A stretch of DNA of 64,000 nt, from IMG/VR virus record IMGVR_UViG_3300020186_000001, positions 1 through 64,000 of that record. One strand, written 5' to 3'. Both the position numbers and the translations under genes were made by a program. Shown here piece after piece: positions 1 to 9,236 of this stretch (position 1 is the stretch's first letter; each line of letters begins with the position of its first letter). Source of the stretch: a virus. Under the pieces are notes generated by a model. That model ran no database searches, was not told the origin of the DNA, and saw only the letters and a list, made by a program, of their open reading frames with translations.

Positions 1-273
1 GGGTTTACTACAACCGCACACAACAAGAATGCTTTGGATCGGGGTGTTCCTTCGCTTCAGATTCTATTCGAGAACAGGAAGTTTGTTATTGGCAGGAAAA
101 CTGAGGCTGATCGCTTAATCACAGATAAGCTTATTAGCGAGCTGAAGTGTTTCACATGGCACGATGGCAAGCTTCAAGGCTTGGGTGCTCACGACGATAT
201 GGTGATGAGTCTTTGGATGGCAAACGAGTGTGCGAACAGTCACTCCTTCAGCTTCAGCTTTGTGGGGGAGTAG
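1..273 (+). CDS. terL: terminase large subunit, C-terminal end (partial)
   Basis: Frame is open from the window edge; ELKCF...GAHDDMVMSLWMA matches the C-terminal RNase H-like nuclease motif of TerL; lies upstream of the portal. Confidence 0.8.
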   Translation, partial: GFTTTAHNKNALDRGVPSLQILFENRKFVIGRKTEADRLITDKLISELKCFTWHDGKLQGLGAHDDMVMSLWMANECANSHSFSFSFVGE

Positions 274-1313
274 TGATTTTAATTGGCAATGCTTTTGATC
301 ATCTTAAAACGCTTTCATCTAATTCAGTGGATTGCGTTGTCACGTCTCCTCCGTACTACGGGCTTAGAGATTATGGCATGGGTGAGCAAATTGGGTTGGA
401 GCAGACTCCAGAAGAGTTCGTAATTAAAATGAAAGCACTCTTTAGGCACGTCCGAAGAGTCTTAAGACCTAATGGCACTCTTTGGTTGAATCTGGGTGAT
501 AGTTATTGGGGTGGCAAGATGGATGCGACCTCCAAGCAGCTTTCCAACTTGAACACGAATCAGCGGAACACTCAACGCTCTCATTCGACGCTCAAGCAAA
601 AAGACCTCATTGGGATACCCTGGCGTGTCGCTCTAGCTTTGCAACAGGACGGTTGGTATCTGAGATCAGACATCATATGGCACAAGCCAAATCCAATGCC
701 AGAAAGTGTGCGAGACCGACCGACCAAATCTCACGAATACATTTTCCTTCTGACTAAGACGGACGACTACTACTACGACTCTGACGCCATCCTTGAGCCG
801 TTTAGTGAAGAGCGTGGTGGCATCACAAAAGCGAGGGGTGCAACGGCCTACTGTGTGGCTCGTGGCAATGATCAATCAAACTCCGGTGGGTTTACCCGTT
901 CAAGGGACGGAAGAAACAAAAGATCGGTGTGGACGGTGACTACTGGCTCTTTCAAGGGAGCACACTTCGCAACATTCCCCAAGAAGCTTATCGAACCCTG
1001 CATTCTTGCGGGTTGCCCAAAAGGTGGAACGGTTTTAGATCCGTTTTTCGGTTCCGGTACTACGGGGCTTGTTGCCGAAGAGTTAGGACGAAAATACATC
1101 GGCATTGAACTCAATCCAAAGTTTGCAGCAATTGCTCAAGAGCGTCTTGGTGTGAAGAGGAGGACGTTCACACGTACATATCACTCAAAGAGGACTCGCG
1201 ATGGAGGATCTGAAAAGAAAGATATTCCAACACCTCGACGAGAAGTTGGAGATTTCAGTGAAGAGATCTCTGAACTCCGGTCAGGTAGAGGCGTTGGTGC
1301 GTTGCTTTACTGA
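273..1313 (+). CDS. DNA methyltransferase (N4-C/N6-A, beta class)
   Basis: DCVVTSPPYY catalytic motif, IIWHKPNPMPESV, HFATFP and VLDPFFGSGTT SAM-binding motif; GTG start at 273 overlaps the TerL stop, after GGGGAG. Confidence 0.92.
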   Translation: MILIGNAFDHLKTLSSNSVDCVVTSPPYYGLRDYGMGEQIGLEQTPEEFVIKMKALFRHVRRVLRPNGTLWLNLGDSYWGGKMDATSKQLSNLNTNQRNTQRSHSTLKQKDLIGIPWRVALALQQDGWYLRSDIIWHKPNPMPESVRDRPTKSHEYIFLLTKTDDYYYDSDAILEPFSEERGGITKARGATAYCVARGNDQSNSGGFTRSRDGRNKRSVWTVTTGSFKGAHFATFPKKLIEPCILAGCPKGGTVLDPFFGSGTTGLVAEELGRKYIGIELNPKFAAIAQERLGVKRRTFTRTYHSKRTRDGGSEKKDIPTPRREVGDFSEEISELRSGRGVGALLY

Positions 1314-1443
1314 ATGGGCAAGTGCAGAGCGGCTTAGAGTGGCGTTTGAGTCTGCACAGTCTGTGCGAGAAGGGTTTGTGGGAAAGAGGGTTAAAGAGGT
1401 TGAGTGTGACTCTGAGTTCATGTCGGATTTGGAGAGTTTGTAG
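1201..1443 (+). CDS. hypothetical protein
   Basis: ATG preceded by AGAGGA; overlaps the methyltransferase tail. Confidence 0.5.
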   Translation: MEDLKRKIFQHLDEKLEISVKRSLNSGQVEALVRCFTEWASAERLRVAFESAQSVREGFVGKRVKEVECDSEFMSDLESL

Positions 1444-1471
1444 TGGATCGTAAACAGGTGGAAGTCGTTGT

Positions 1472-1747
1472 ATGATTGGACGTGTGATTTGGTTTGACAT
1501 TAAAAAGGGCTTTGGGTTCATCCAAGCGGGTAAACTCGATGTGTTCGTTCATTATTCTAAGATAGTAGCTCAAGAGGGCGAATTCCGAGTCTTAGAAGAG
1601 AATGACGTTGTTGAATTTGAAGTCTTCTATTCTGACCGAAGCAATGGAACAGTTAAGCCGCAAGCAAAAGATGTAAAAATATTGGAGGATAAAAATGAGA
1701 TTTTACGAGAAAAGCCAGATAACTCTCAGCGAAGACTCGTCAACTGA
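1472..1747 (+). CDS. csp: cold-shock domain protein
   Basis: GRVIWFDIKKGFGFI (RNP1) and DVFVHYS (RNP2) motifs. Confidence 0.92.
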   Translation: MIGRVIWFDIKKGFGFIQAGKLDVFVHYSKIVAQEGEFRVLEENDVVEFEVFYSDRSNGTVKPQAKDVKILEDKNEILREKPDNSQRRLVN

Positions 1748-2045
1748 TCCAAAGCTAGTTCGCTTTGGCGAAGAGTTTGAGGACACAGATGTCACGGCTC
1801 TCACGAAATCAGTGTCGTTGCATCAATCACTGCCTGTTGGGGTGAATGTGATTGATCTTGGCAATATCACAGTTGGCAAACTTATAGTCGTCAAGCCGAA
1901 GGCAAAGGTTGTGTTGACGATTCAAGGTCAAACGATCTCGATTGCAGCGAACAAGGTGTTCAAGGCATGGGTGGATTTTACGTCTTTATCAGTCACAATC
2001 ACTGGCACTGCTGCCGAAGTTGTTCTGGTCGCGGCAGGAACGTGA
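1695..2045 (+). CDS. hypothetical beta-rich protein
   Basis: GGAGG Shine-Dalgarno before ATG; co-oriented in the operon. Confidence 0.65.
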   Translation: MRFYEKSQITLSEDSSTDPKLVRFGEEFEDTDVTALTKSVSLHQSLPVGVNVIDLGNITVGKLIVVKPKAKVVLTIQGQTISIAANKVFKAWVDFTSLSVTITGTAAEVVLVAAGT

Positions 2046-2052
2046 AGGCAGA

Positions 2053-2733
2053 ATGAATCAGGAAATCCTCAAATGGATAAGAATTGTAGTCATGCGAACG
2101 CTGCGAGAGAAGAACCTCACAAGGCTCGATACTTCGCAGCTTATATCGGCTGGGATGCTTGGATACTGCCAGTGTATTAAAAGGTTTGATCCCAATCGTG
2201 GCGTGAAGTTCAAGACTTATGCGGAGTACAGGATTAAGGGTGCAGTGCTCGATGAGGTCAGGAAGATGATTGGCGATGAGCGTTGTAAGAATAAAAAGCC
2301 GATCCAGGTTGAATTTGATTATACTGAGATCAGCGACGGCTCACGTTGGCAAAAGTCCATGGATTCGCAGATTGACTTTGATCGGTTTATAGACCGAGTT
2401 CCGCTAGATGACCGAGAAAAGAGCATACTTCAATCTCGGCTTTTGGGGATGAATCTAAGAGAGATCTCTCAGAAATTTAGTTTCAGTGAATCGCGTGCAT
2501 CACAACTTCTCGCAAAAATCAAGAAGGTAGTTTATGGTTATCTCAGTGATGAGTTAAATCTTGATTTCAAATTAGTAGCTTATGAATGTCCGGCGTGTTC
2601 TGGAGTAAGCCATGTTGGTAGCTATGTGTCTCAATTTAAATGCGATACTTGTGACGCTGATCTAGTGATTGTGGACCGTGTTCCGATACTGGCAGTAACG
2701 GAGAACTTTGATGAGGACGACGATGTTTTCTGA
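2053..2733 (+). CDS. FliA/WhiG (sigma28)-like RNA polymerase sigma factor with C-terminal zinc ribbon
   Basis: Region 2 RFDPNRGVKFKTYAEYRIKGAVLDEVRK; region 4 LDDREK...LREISQKFSFSESRASQL; CPAC...CDTC at the C-terminus. Confidence 0.85.
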   Translation: MNQEILKWIRIVVMRTLREKNLTRLDTSQLISAGMLGYCQCIKRFDPNRGVKFKTYAEYRIKGAVLDEVRKMIGDERCKNKKPIQVEFDYTEISDGSRWQKSMDSQIDFDRFIDRVPLDDREKSILQSRLLGMNLREISQKFSFSESRASQLLAKIKKVVYGYLSDELNLDFKLVAYECPACSGVSHVGSYVSQFKCDTCDADLVIVDRVPILAVTENFDEDDDVF

Positions 2734-3748
2734 TTTAGAAGAAGTGGCTTCCTTGCTTGACGATTGCATTGAAAAAGCATTCGCCAAAAAGGGCAAAGTT
2801 CAAAAGTACGAGGATTCGATCATCAAGGGGTTGAGCCATGATCCGTTCAATCCTGTTATGATGACCGAAGAGCAGCCATACTATAACCCGTATAGGCAGA
2901 TGCAAGATGGCTCATTTTTGCCGCATAGCGTGGAATACTGGGAGAGCCAGGGCAAGTCGTCTGACGATTACAATACTACCAGACAGTTTTATCAAAACTA
3001 CATTCCCGTTTCTCAGGCTAGAGATCGTCTTGAGACGTTTTCCAGGTCTCTCAGTAACGATCTCTTTAAGGCGGGTGCGGTGCCTGTTGGAACAGTCCAT
3101 ACATACCGAGACGGTCATAAATATAAGAAGATGGGAGAAGGGCAATGGGCACCTGTGGGCGATCCTTCGGAGCGTATGTCCACTTGGCTTAACCATTCGA
3201 AGCCAGAGTATCGCCAGCAGGCCAATCAAGAGATTGAAAGACATGGAACGCAGGTCACAGCTCTTGAAGAAATGATCAAGCGTAAACAATCCGAGCAGCA
3301 GACTCAGGAGAGGGTTAAGCAAGAGATGACGAAAGAGATCATGGGCAAGGTCAAAGATGCTATGTCAAAGCTTTACGATGGTAAAATGCCAGATGAGGTC
3401 TCACAGCATTTCGATAAGAACGAGGCTAAAGAAGATGGCAAGATCAAGCCAGAAGATGCTTTGAAGGATTTGGAGAGTAAGCTTTCGCAGAACTACACTC
3501 CAAAGCACGATGTCACAGTATCGTTTATTCACAATGGAAAGCGGTATGAGCACGTCTTTCCGAACATCCAGGCCAAGGGCCATCATGATGCGATTGACAA
3601 AGTTCAGGGTGCAATATCTCAAAAGTTAAAGGGTGCTCAGGTTACAGGCATTCAGGCGTCCAGATCTAAAGAAGACAAGGGGTCCAAGGAAGGCCGGCCT
3701 CAGCCAAAAGCTGCCAAAGAAAACAATCAAGGAGCGAGTAATGGCTAA
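2723..3748 (+). CDS. putative head-associated/internal virion protein
   Basis: Long ORF in the head cluster with IEKA, IIKG and LFKA sites; LFKA is followed by VGTVHTYRDGHKYKKMGEGQW. Confidence 0.6.
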   Translation: MFSDLEEVASLLDDCIEKAFAKKGKVQKYEDSIIKGLSHDPFNPVMMTEEQPYYNPYRQMQDGSFLPHSVEYWESQGKSSDDYNTTRQFYQNYIPVSQARDRLETFSRSLSNDLFKAGAVPVGTVHTYRDGHKYKKMGEGQWAPVGDPSERMSTWLNHSKPEYRQQANQEIERHGTQVTALEEMIKRKQSEQQTQERVKQEMTKEIMGKVKDAMSKLYDGKMPDEVSQHFDKNEAKEDGKIKPEDALKDLESKLSQNYTPKHDVTVSFIHNGKRYEHVFPNIQAKGHHDAIDKVQGAISQKLKGAQVTGIQASRSKEDKGSKEGRPQPKAAKENNQGASNG

Positions 3749-5873
3749 GGATCTGAATGGCATATTCGACGATTTGATCAAGGGCGAAGGCGAAGGCACA
3801 AGAGGTGGCCAAGTCATCGGTCACACAAGTAGTGGCAAGCCTATCTATAAAAACGCCAATAATGCAGCTCATAAGACGTTCTCCAAAGAAGATCACTTGG
3901 ACGCAATCCATGCTCATGGTGCAAAGGGAGAGAAGCTTCGGGATGAGTATCATGCTCAAAGAAATTCTGATGGGACTTCATCTAAGAAGCATTTCTCAAA
4001 TATGGAAAAGATAACAAAAGAAGCTAGGTTTCATGAAGATCAAAAGGCACGTCATAGGCAGAAGTACGAGCCAAGTGCTAAGTCTCCAGACCAAAGAGAC
4101 TTCGATAGAATGGACAGAAAGAATGATCCACAAAAGCGTTCAAGTGCATCAAGACTATCAATGAAATCACAAGGAGACGACAACATGAATTTAATCAAAG
4201 CCGGAGAGGGATCTAGGCATGGGCATATCATAGGTCACACTCGCAGTGGGAAGCCGATATACCGTGGTGCCAATCATGAGTCTCACAGTAGCTTTACACC
4301 AAATGACCATGTGGATGCGGCTGCGGTTAATTTCGCAGGATTGAATCATGATAATTCAGCGAGTCATCCTGAATTTCAACAGCAAGATAAGAGTGCGGCT
4401 CGTAATGGCGTGAGGCATCACGGTTCTGCAAAGCGTGTAAAGGGTGGAGAATTAAATGGCAAGAAGCTTCACGAGGTCTCAAGCAGCGATCTTAAGTCTC
4501 ATGGAATGAATCTCATGAGTGGTAAGGATCTTCGCCGATCACAAGGAGACGATATGAGTATTTTCAAAGCAATGGGAATCACAGTTGGCGAACCTGGATC
4601 TCTTCTCAGTGAGAAGGGCGGATTTACTTTTAAATCTTTTGAGACCAACGGTGGACAGGTTGTTCGCAAGGGTGGAGCTGGCAATCCAAGAGATATGCTT
4701 GAATCACAATTGTCTAAAGGCATGATCTCCGAGTTTGTTCCTCATTTGCCTAGACAATCAAAGAAGGACGATGAGGGCGACAGTTTCGGCGGCAAATACC
4801 TAAAGAACACTCACGGCGAAGAGCATCATACTGATAACGACAAGCAGGCTGAATTCCTTCAATCTGATGTAGACATAGTTGATTCTGCATTCACGATTGA
4901 AGATGAAGAGAATCCTTTGACCGGCATAAGTTCTAGGATAGGCAAAGACCGTTCAGGTCCAAAGCCAACTGAGAAGTCACTATCTAAAGAAGACCTTCTA
5001 CTCAAGGCTTTGGATGACATTTCGTGTGATAAGGGGTTTCGTGTAGGTGTTTCTAAGAAGGCTCCAAAACCACCAAAAGATCCTGAACAGATCAGAGAAG
5101 AGCGTGCAAGCAAGAAAGAGCTTATGGGCAAGTGGGCCAAGAAGTCCAACTCTCTAATTGATTGGCATGACGACGACAACGATCCAGAACTCATTGCCAA
5201 TGTCCATGAGAACTCTGAAGGCGTGAACGAGAAGCGTCACGTTGAGAAATCAGACATTGATGAGATGTGTGATTTGATCAAGGCTGGCTCTAGGAGTGGG
5301 CATATCATAGGTGAGAGTCCTCATGCTGTGGCGGCAGTCTCGAAGCCAGCACGCAGCGGCTTTCTCAAATCTGCCGGACCAGGTGGGTTGATCTTTGACT
5401 TTGGGCATATCACTGGAAACAAGATTGCAGATGAGGCGACAGCCTTGCTGAATGCTCATGGTGATCCAGTCCAGATGTCCAACGCTCAGTATCAAAGCAC
5501 TGCCTATCAGAAGTCCCTTACTGAATTTGTGACGAAAGGTAGCGACACACACAATAAAGAAACGACTCCCTTTGGCAATATCGACAAGGAGTGGGGAAAC
5601 CAGCTCAATAAGCCAATGGACCAGCAGGTTGCAGAAGCATTCGCCAGGGGTGAGATGACTGAAGATCGCAATGCTCCAGCTATTATAAATGACTTCAATA
5701 AGGTTGAGATCAATATCGGTGGTCAAATCATCAAGGCGACTTCTGAGACAGATGCGGCTCTAATCAAGATGATGCAAGAACAAGGCATGGATCTTTCTGG
5801 AATGAACATGGGAAATGTTGTTGATGTCACAGCAGGCGGAGCCGAAAGAGTCTGTGTTGACGCGACTAATTGA
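3741..5873 (+). CDS. putative internal head polyprotein with repeated LIK(G/A)-GxxIGHTxSGKPIY modules
   Basis: AAGGAG before ATG 3741; three copies of the module; hydrophilic and His-rich. Confidence 0.65.
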   Translation: MAKDLNGIFDDLIKGEGEGTRGGQVIGHTSSGKPIYKNANNAAHKTFSKEDHLDAIHAHGAKGEKLRDEYHAQRNSDGTSSKKHFSNMEKITKEARFHEDQKARHRQKYEPSAKSPDQRDFDRMDRKNDPQKRSSASRLSMKSQGDDNMNLIKAGEGSRHGHIIGHTRSGKPIYRGANHESHSSFTPNDHVDAAAVNFAGLNHDNSASHPEFQQQDKSAARNGVRHHGSAKRVKGGELNGKKLHEVSSSDLKSHGMNLMSGKDLRRSQGDDMSIFKAMGITVGEPGSLLSEKGGFTFKSFETNGGQVVRKGGAGNPRDMLESQLSKGMISEFVPHLPRQSKKDDEGDSFGGKYLKNTHGEEHHTDNDKQAEFLQSDVDIVDSAFTIEDEENPLTGISSRIGKDRSGPKPTEKSLSKEDLLLKALDDISCDKGFRVGVSKKAPKPPKDPEQIREERASKKELMGKWAKKSNSLIDWHDDDNDPELIANVHENSEGVNEKRHVEKSDIDEMCDLIKAGSRSGHIIGESPHAVAAVSKPARSGFLKSAGPGGLIFDFGHITGNKIADEATALLNAHGDPVQMSNAQYQSTAYQKSLTEFVTKGSDTHNKETTPFGNIDKEWGNQLNKPMDQQVAEAFARGEMTEDRNAPAIINDFNKVEINIGGQIIKATSETDAALIKMMQEQGMDLSGMNMGNVVDVTAGGAERVCVDATN

Positions 5874-5895
5874 AACTTGAAATGGTGGACTTGAA

Positions 5896-8800
5896 ATGAG
5901 CATTGTTCGCGATATGTTATCTAGTTCGATTGGGTTCATAAGGGAAGAAATCATGCCCTTAAGGACCGAACTTATTAAGGCAGGCATTCTCACGCCACAA
6001 CAGACGGCCTTCGAACAGAAGGCCAGCTTAGTCGATCCGTGGGCATATGGTAGTGTCAGTCAAGGCTACAAAGAGAAGTATAGCCTTTTGGATTACTCAA
6101 AGTGTCGGCAGATTACCTATGCAGATCCTATTGTGGCAGCAGTGCTTCAGACTAGACTAAATCAGGTTGCAGCGTTCGCCCAACTGCAAGCGGATAAGTA
6201 TAAGATGGGCTTTAAGATCGTCCTTAGAGATCATGAGAAAGTTCCAACAGGTCAAGAAAAGAAGCGTATCAAGGAAATCGAACAGTTCATCCAACACTGC
6301 GGCGTCCCAGAGAACTTCGAAGACACTCCTGAACTAAAGCGTAGAGATAGCTTTGAACTGTTTTTGCGGAAGGTCGCAAGAGACTCTCTCACGTTTGATC
6401 AGGTCAACTTTGAGATCACACCTAGAAGAGATGGCAAGCCTTATGCCTTCACGGCAATTGATGCGGCCACTATCAGGGTTATTCCAGACAAGAAAGAGGA
6501 GACTGAGAGGTATCAGGCACCAAACGTAATGCCTCTTATTGATGCAACAACGACCTCAGATAGTGAAAAATTTTTCCGCGTCTTCAAACCCAAACATCCA
6601 AGATATGCTCAAGTTATCAACGGTGTCATTCAGCATGTGTTTGATGAATGGGAGATGGCTTTTGGTGTTAGGAATCCTCGTACTGACATTCTTTCATACG
6701 GCTACGGTTTTTGTTTGCATCCGGATTCTCGCGTCGCTACGACCAGGGGAATGGTCAGAATATCTGAACTTGCTGAATCTGAAGGATTCGAGGTTGTAAT
6801 TGATGGCAAGACATCAAAGGCCAAAGCATTCAAGACTGGGAACAATCGCATATTCGAATTAAGAATGAAAGACGGCAGGATCTTAAAAGCCAGTCCAGAT
6901 CATCAAATTTACTCGCTTTCCGATAGCGGTGAGTTTGGCTGGAAGCGTCTCTCGGAAATTAAGTCAGGAGATGTCGTCGCGTGTGACTTGGCCGGTCAAG
7001 CTGGTGGGATCAAGAGCTTCGAGTTCCAGTTCCATCCTGGCGATAAACAGCGGTCTAAAGAGTGGGAAATAGAATCATTTGAAGAGGACATTTGGGAAGT
7101 CCTTGGCTGGCTGGTTGGAGACGGCAATTTCAGAGAGAAACATGGGAGTCAGAAAGGGATATCCACGTCTCTTTTCTACGAAAGAAAAGTAGAAGAATCT
7201 ATCATGCGTCGGCATCTCGATATTCTTGGCAAATACAATTTACCAGTCAATGTCTACGAAGGTCGCGATGACATCTACGAAGTCAAATTCAACCATCAAG
7301 GATTCGGAGAGTGGCTTAGGTCGTTGGGGTTCATTCCGTCGAATGGATGGACAAAACCAAATTGCTTGCCAGAGGTCGTGTTCTTTCTTCAAGAGAGAGA
7401 TAGGGCAAGCTTTTTAAGAGGGCTGTTCTCCGCTGATGGACACCTCGGTGCATCGGACACACCTCATCTTGGCTGCACCGATAAGGGACTTCTCCAGGAC
7501 ACGCAAAGACTATTGTGGTCTATGGGGATGAGATCCCATTATTACCACGGCAAAGTGGCTAAGGATTTAGGATGCGGTGAAAAAGAGTACGACGACGGAA
7601 AACTGTGGGTCTACGATAAAGTTAAATTCTTTGAGAAGATTGGATTTATCCAAGATCACAAGCAGCCAGTCCTAGACACTTATCGGGGAACGCGAGCCGA
7701 TGTTGTTGGAGAGAGCTTCGGAAGACGAGCAGCTTTAGAAATAAAAGTATCTGGCAAAGAAGATCGACGTATTCGGGGTCTAATCGAATCTCCCGCAAGA
7801 TGGGGTGTCACAAGATCGTGGCTCAAAGAGAGACTGCCAGAATCTTCTCAATCACTAAAAGACCTTCATTGGCATCACGGTGTCGTCGGGTCGGTTGTTG
7901 ACACTGGCGATGAAATAGAGATGTACGATGTCTCAGTTGAGAATGACTTTCACGCTTTCGTTGTTGATGGAATTGTTGTTCATAACTCAGAAATCGAGAT
8001 GCTTGTTACGACTATCACGAGTCACATGAACGCTGAGACCTATAATCGCAAGTTCTTCAGTCAAGGATCGAGCATTAAGGGTATTCTGACGTTCGAGGGT
8101 GCGGTTCCTCCAGACCAGCTAGAGGCGTTTAGAAGACAGTGGTATCAGCAGGTGACGGGTGTCAACAACGCTTGGCGTACTCCTATCATGGGCTTGGGCA
8201 AGGATTCTAAGCTCAATTGGACTTCGCTTCACTCTACCAACCGTGAGATGGAGTTCGGCAAATGGCTTGAATACTGTATCAAGGTTATTTGCGGTGTATT
8301 TCAGATTGATCCAATTGAGATTGGTTTTGATATTTCAAAGCAGGGTTCTGGTCAGCAGTCATCTTCTGGTGGGCTTGGACAGGGCAATCAGGCAGAACGT
8401 GTGTCGTTCTCTCAAGATCGCGGCCTACGTCCACTTTTGATATTTATTCAGCAGCTTCTTAATGATTATATTGTTTACCGTATTGATCCAAACTACGAGT
8501 TCCGCTTTGTCGGCCTCAACGTCAATTCTGAGAAAGATGATCTTGAACAGGCTGTTCAGCAGGTTAAAAGCTTTAAGACTATCAATGAGATTCGTGCAGA
8601 GCATGACCTTGAGCCGTTACCAGCCTTTGACAAGATTAAGAATCCTGGTGAAGTCGTACTTGATTCGTCACTTATCCAATTCATCACTGGTCAGATGCAA
8701 GCCGCTCAACAGCAGGCCGGTGTTGGACCAGACGGTCAGCCACTTCCTCCTGGTCAGGGCGGAGCACCTGGAGATCCTAGTCAAGCGGGTGGTGATCAAG

Positions 8801-8994
8801 ATCCAAATCAACCTCAAGATGAGGGCGAAGGCGATCAAGAAGAAGAGCCTGATTATGAGAGCATGGACGTTGAACAGCTTCAGCAGGAATACAATAAGCT
8901 CAAAGAACCACAATCTCCTGGAGAGCCAGCGATGGCTCCTGCAAAGGGCAAGGCGATGACTAAGAAGTCGTTCTTCAGAGAGATCGAATTATGA
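5896..8994 (+). CDS. portal protein (intein-containing)
   Basis: RDSLTFDQVNFE, RNPRTDI..YGYGF/SEIE, FRRQW..QVTGVNNAWRTP, EMEFGKWLEY and TINEIRAEHDLEPL are typical of Twort/SPO1-like portals. Confidence 0.92.
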   Translation: MSIVRDMLSSSIGFIREEIMPLRTELIKAGILTPQQTAFEQKASLVDPWAYGSVSQGYKEKYSLLDYSKCRQITYADPIVAAVLQTRLNQVAAFAQLQADKYKMGFKIVLRDHEKVPTGQEKKRIKEIEQFIQHCGVPENFEDTPELKRRDSFELFLRKVARDSLTFDQVNFEITPRRDGKPYAFTAIDAATIRVIPDKKEETERYQAPNVMPLIDATTTSDSEKFFRVFKPKHPRYAQVINGVIQHVFDEWEMAFGVRNPRTDILSYGYGFCLHPDSRVATTRGMVRISELAESEGFEVVIDGKTSKAKAFKTGNNRIFELRMKDGRILKASPDHQIYSLSDSGEFGWKRLSEIKSGDVVACDLAGQAGGIKSFEFQFHPGDKQRSKEWEIESFEEDIWEVLGWLVGDGNFREKHGSQKGISTSLFYERKVEESIMRRHLDILGKYNLPVNVYEGRDDIYEVKFNHQGFGEWLRSLGFIPSNGWTKPNCLPEVVFFLQERDRASFLRGLFSADGHLGASDTPHLGCTDKGLLQDTQRLLWSMGMRSHYYHGKVAKDLGCGEKEYDDGKLWVYDKVKFFEKIGFIQDHKQPVLDTYRGTRADVVGESFGRRAALEIKVSGKEDRRIRGLIESPARWGVTRSWLKERLPESSQSLKDLHWHHGVVGSVVDTGDEIEMYDVSVENDFHAFVVDGIVVHNSEIEMLVTTITSHMNAETYNRKFFSQGSSIKGILTFEGAVPPDQLEAFRRQWYQQVTGVNNAWRTPIMGLGKDSKLNWTSLHSTNREMEFGKWLEYCIKVICGVFQIDPIEIGFDISKQGSGQQSSSGGLGQGNQAERVSFSQDRGLRPLLIFIQQLLNDYIVYRIDPNYEFRFVGLNVNSEKDDLEQAVQQVKSFKTINEIRAEHDLEPLPAFDKIKNPGEVVLDSSLIQFITGQMQAAQQQAGVGPDGQPLPPGQGGAPGDPSQAGGDQDPNQPQDEGEGDQEEEPDYESMDVEQLQQEYNKLKEPQSPGEPAMAPAKGKAMTKKSFFREIEL
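6712..7986 (+). mobile_element. intein with in-frame LAGLIDADG homing endonuclease, in the portal
   Basis: Starts CLHPDS; block B SPDHQIY; LGWLVGDG and FLRGLFSADG motifs; ends MYDVSV...VVHN followed by Ser. Confidence 0.95.
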
Positions 8995-9236
8995 AGTTGA
9001 ATATCGAGGCTGAGTCTCAGGCTGAGTTCGATGCGAAACGGTATGACATCATCAAGGCGGTGGCGGGTTCGGTTTACGATGTGAGCGTCAAAAAAAAGGG
9101 TGAGAAATCTGCAAATGAGCCAAGAGAGCCGTTCTACAAATCTCAGGGCGAAATGCTTGAACATTGGGACGGTAAATTTAGGGACGTTTTGGAAACGATA
9201 AAGTTTGAAATAGGTAATATCATTGATGAAAAGTAG
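8991..9236 (+). CDS. hypothetical protein
   Basis: ATGA overlap with the portal stop. Confidence 0.6.
   Translation: MKLNIEAESQAEFDAKRYDIIKAVAGSVYDVSVKKKGEKSANEPREPFYKSQGEMLEHWDGKFRDVLETIKFEIGNIIDEK

Noticed and set aside
147-272. ORF-track N-terminal extension of the methyltransferase
   Set aside because: It overlaps the terminase frame; homology and the Shine-Dalgarno point to GTG 273.
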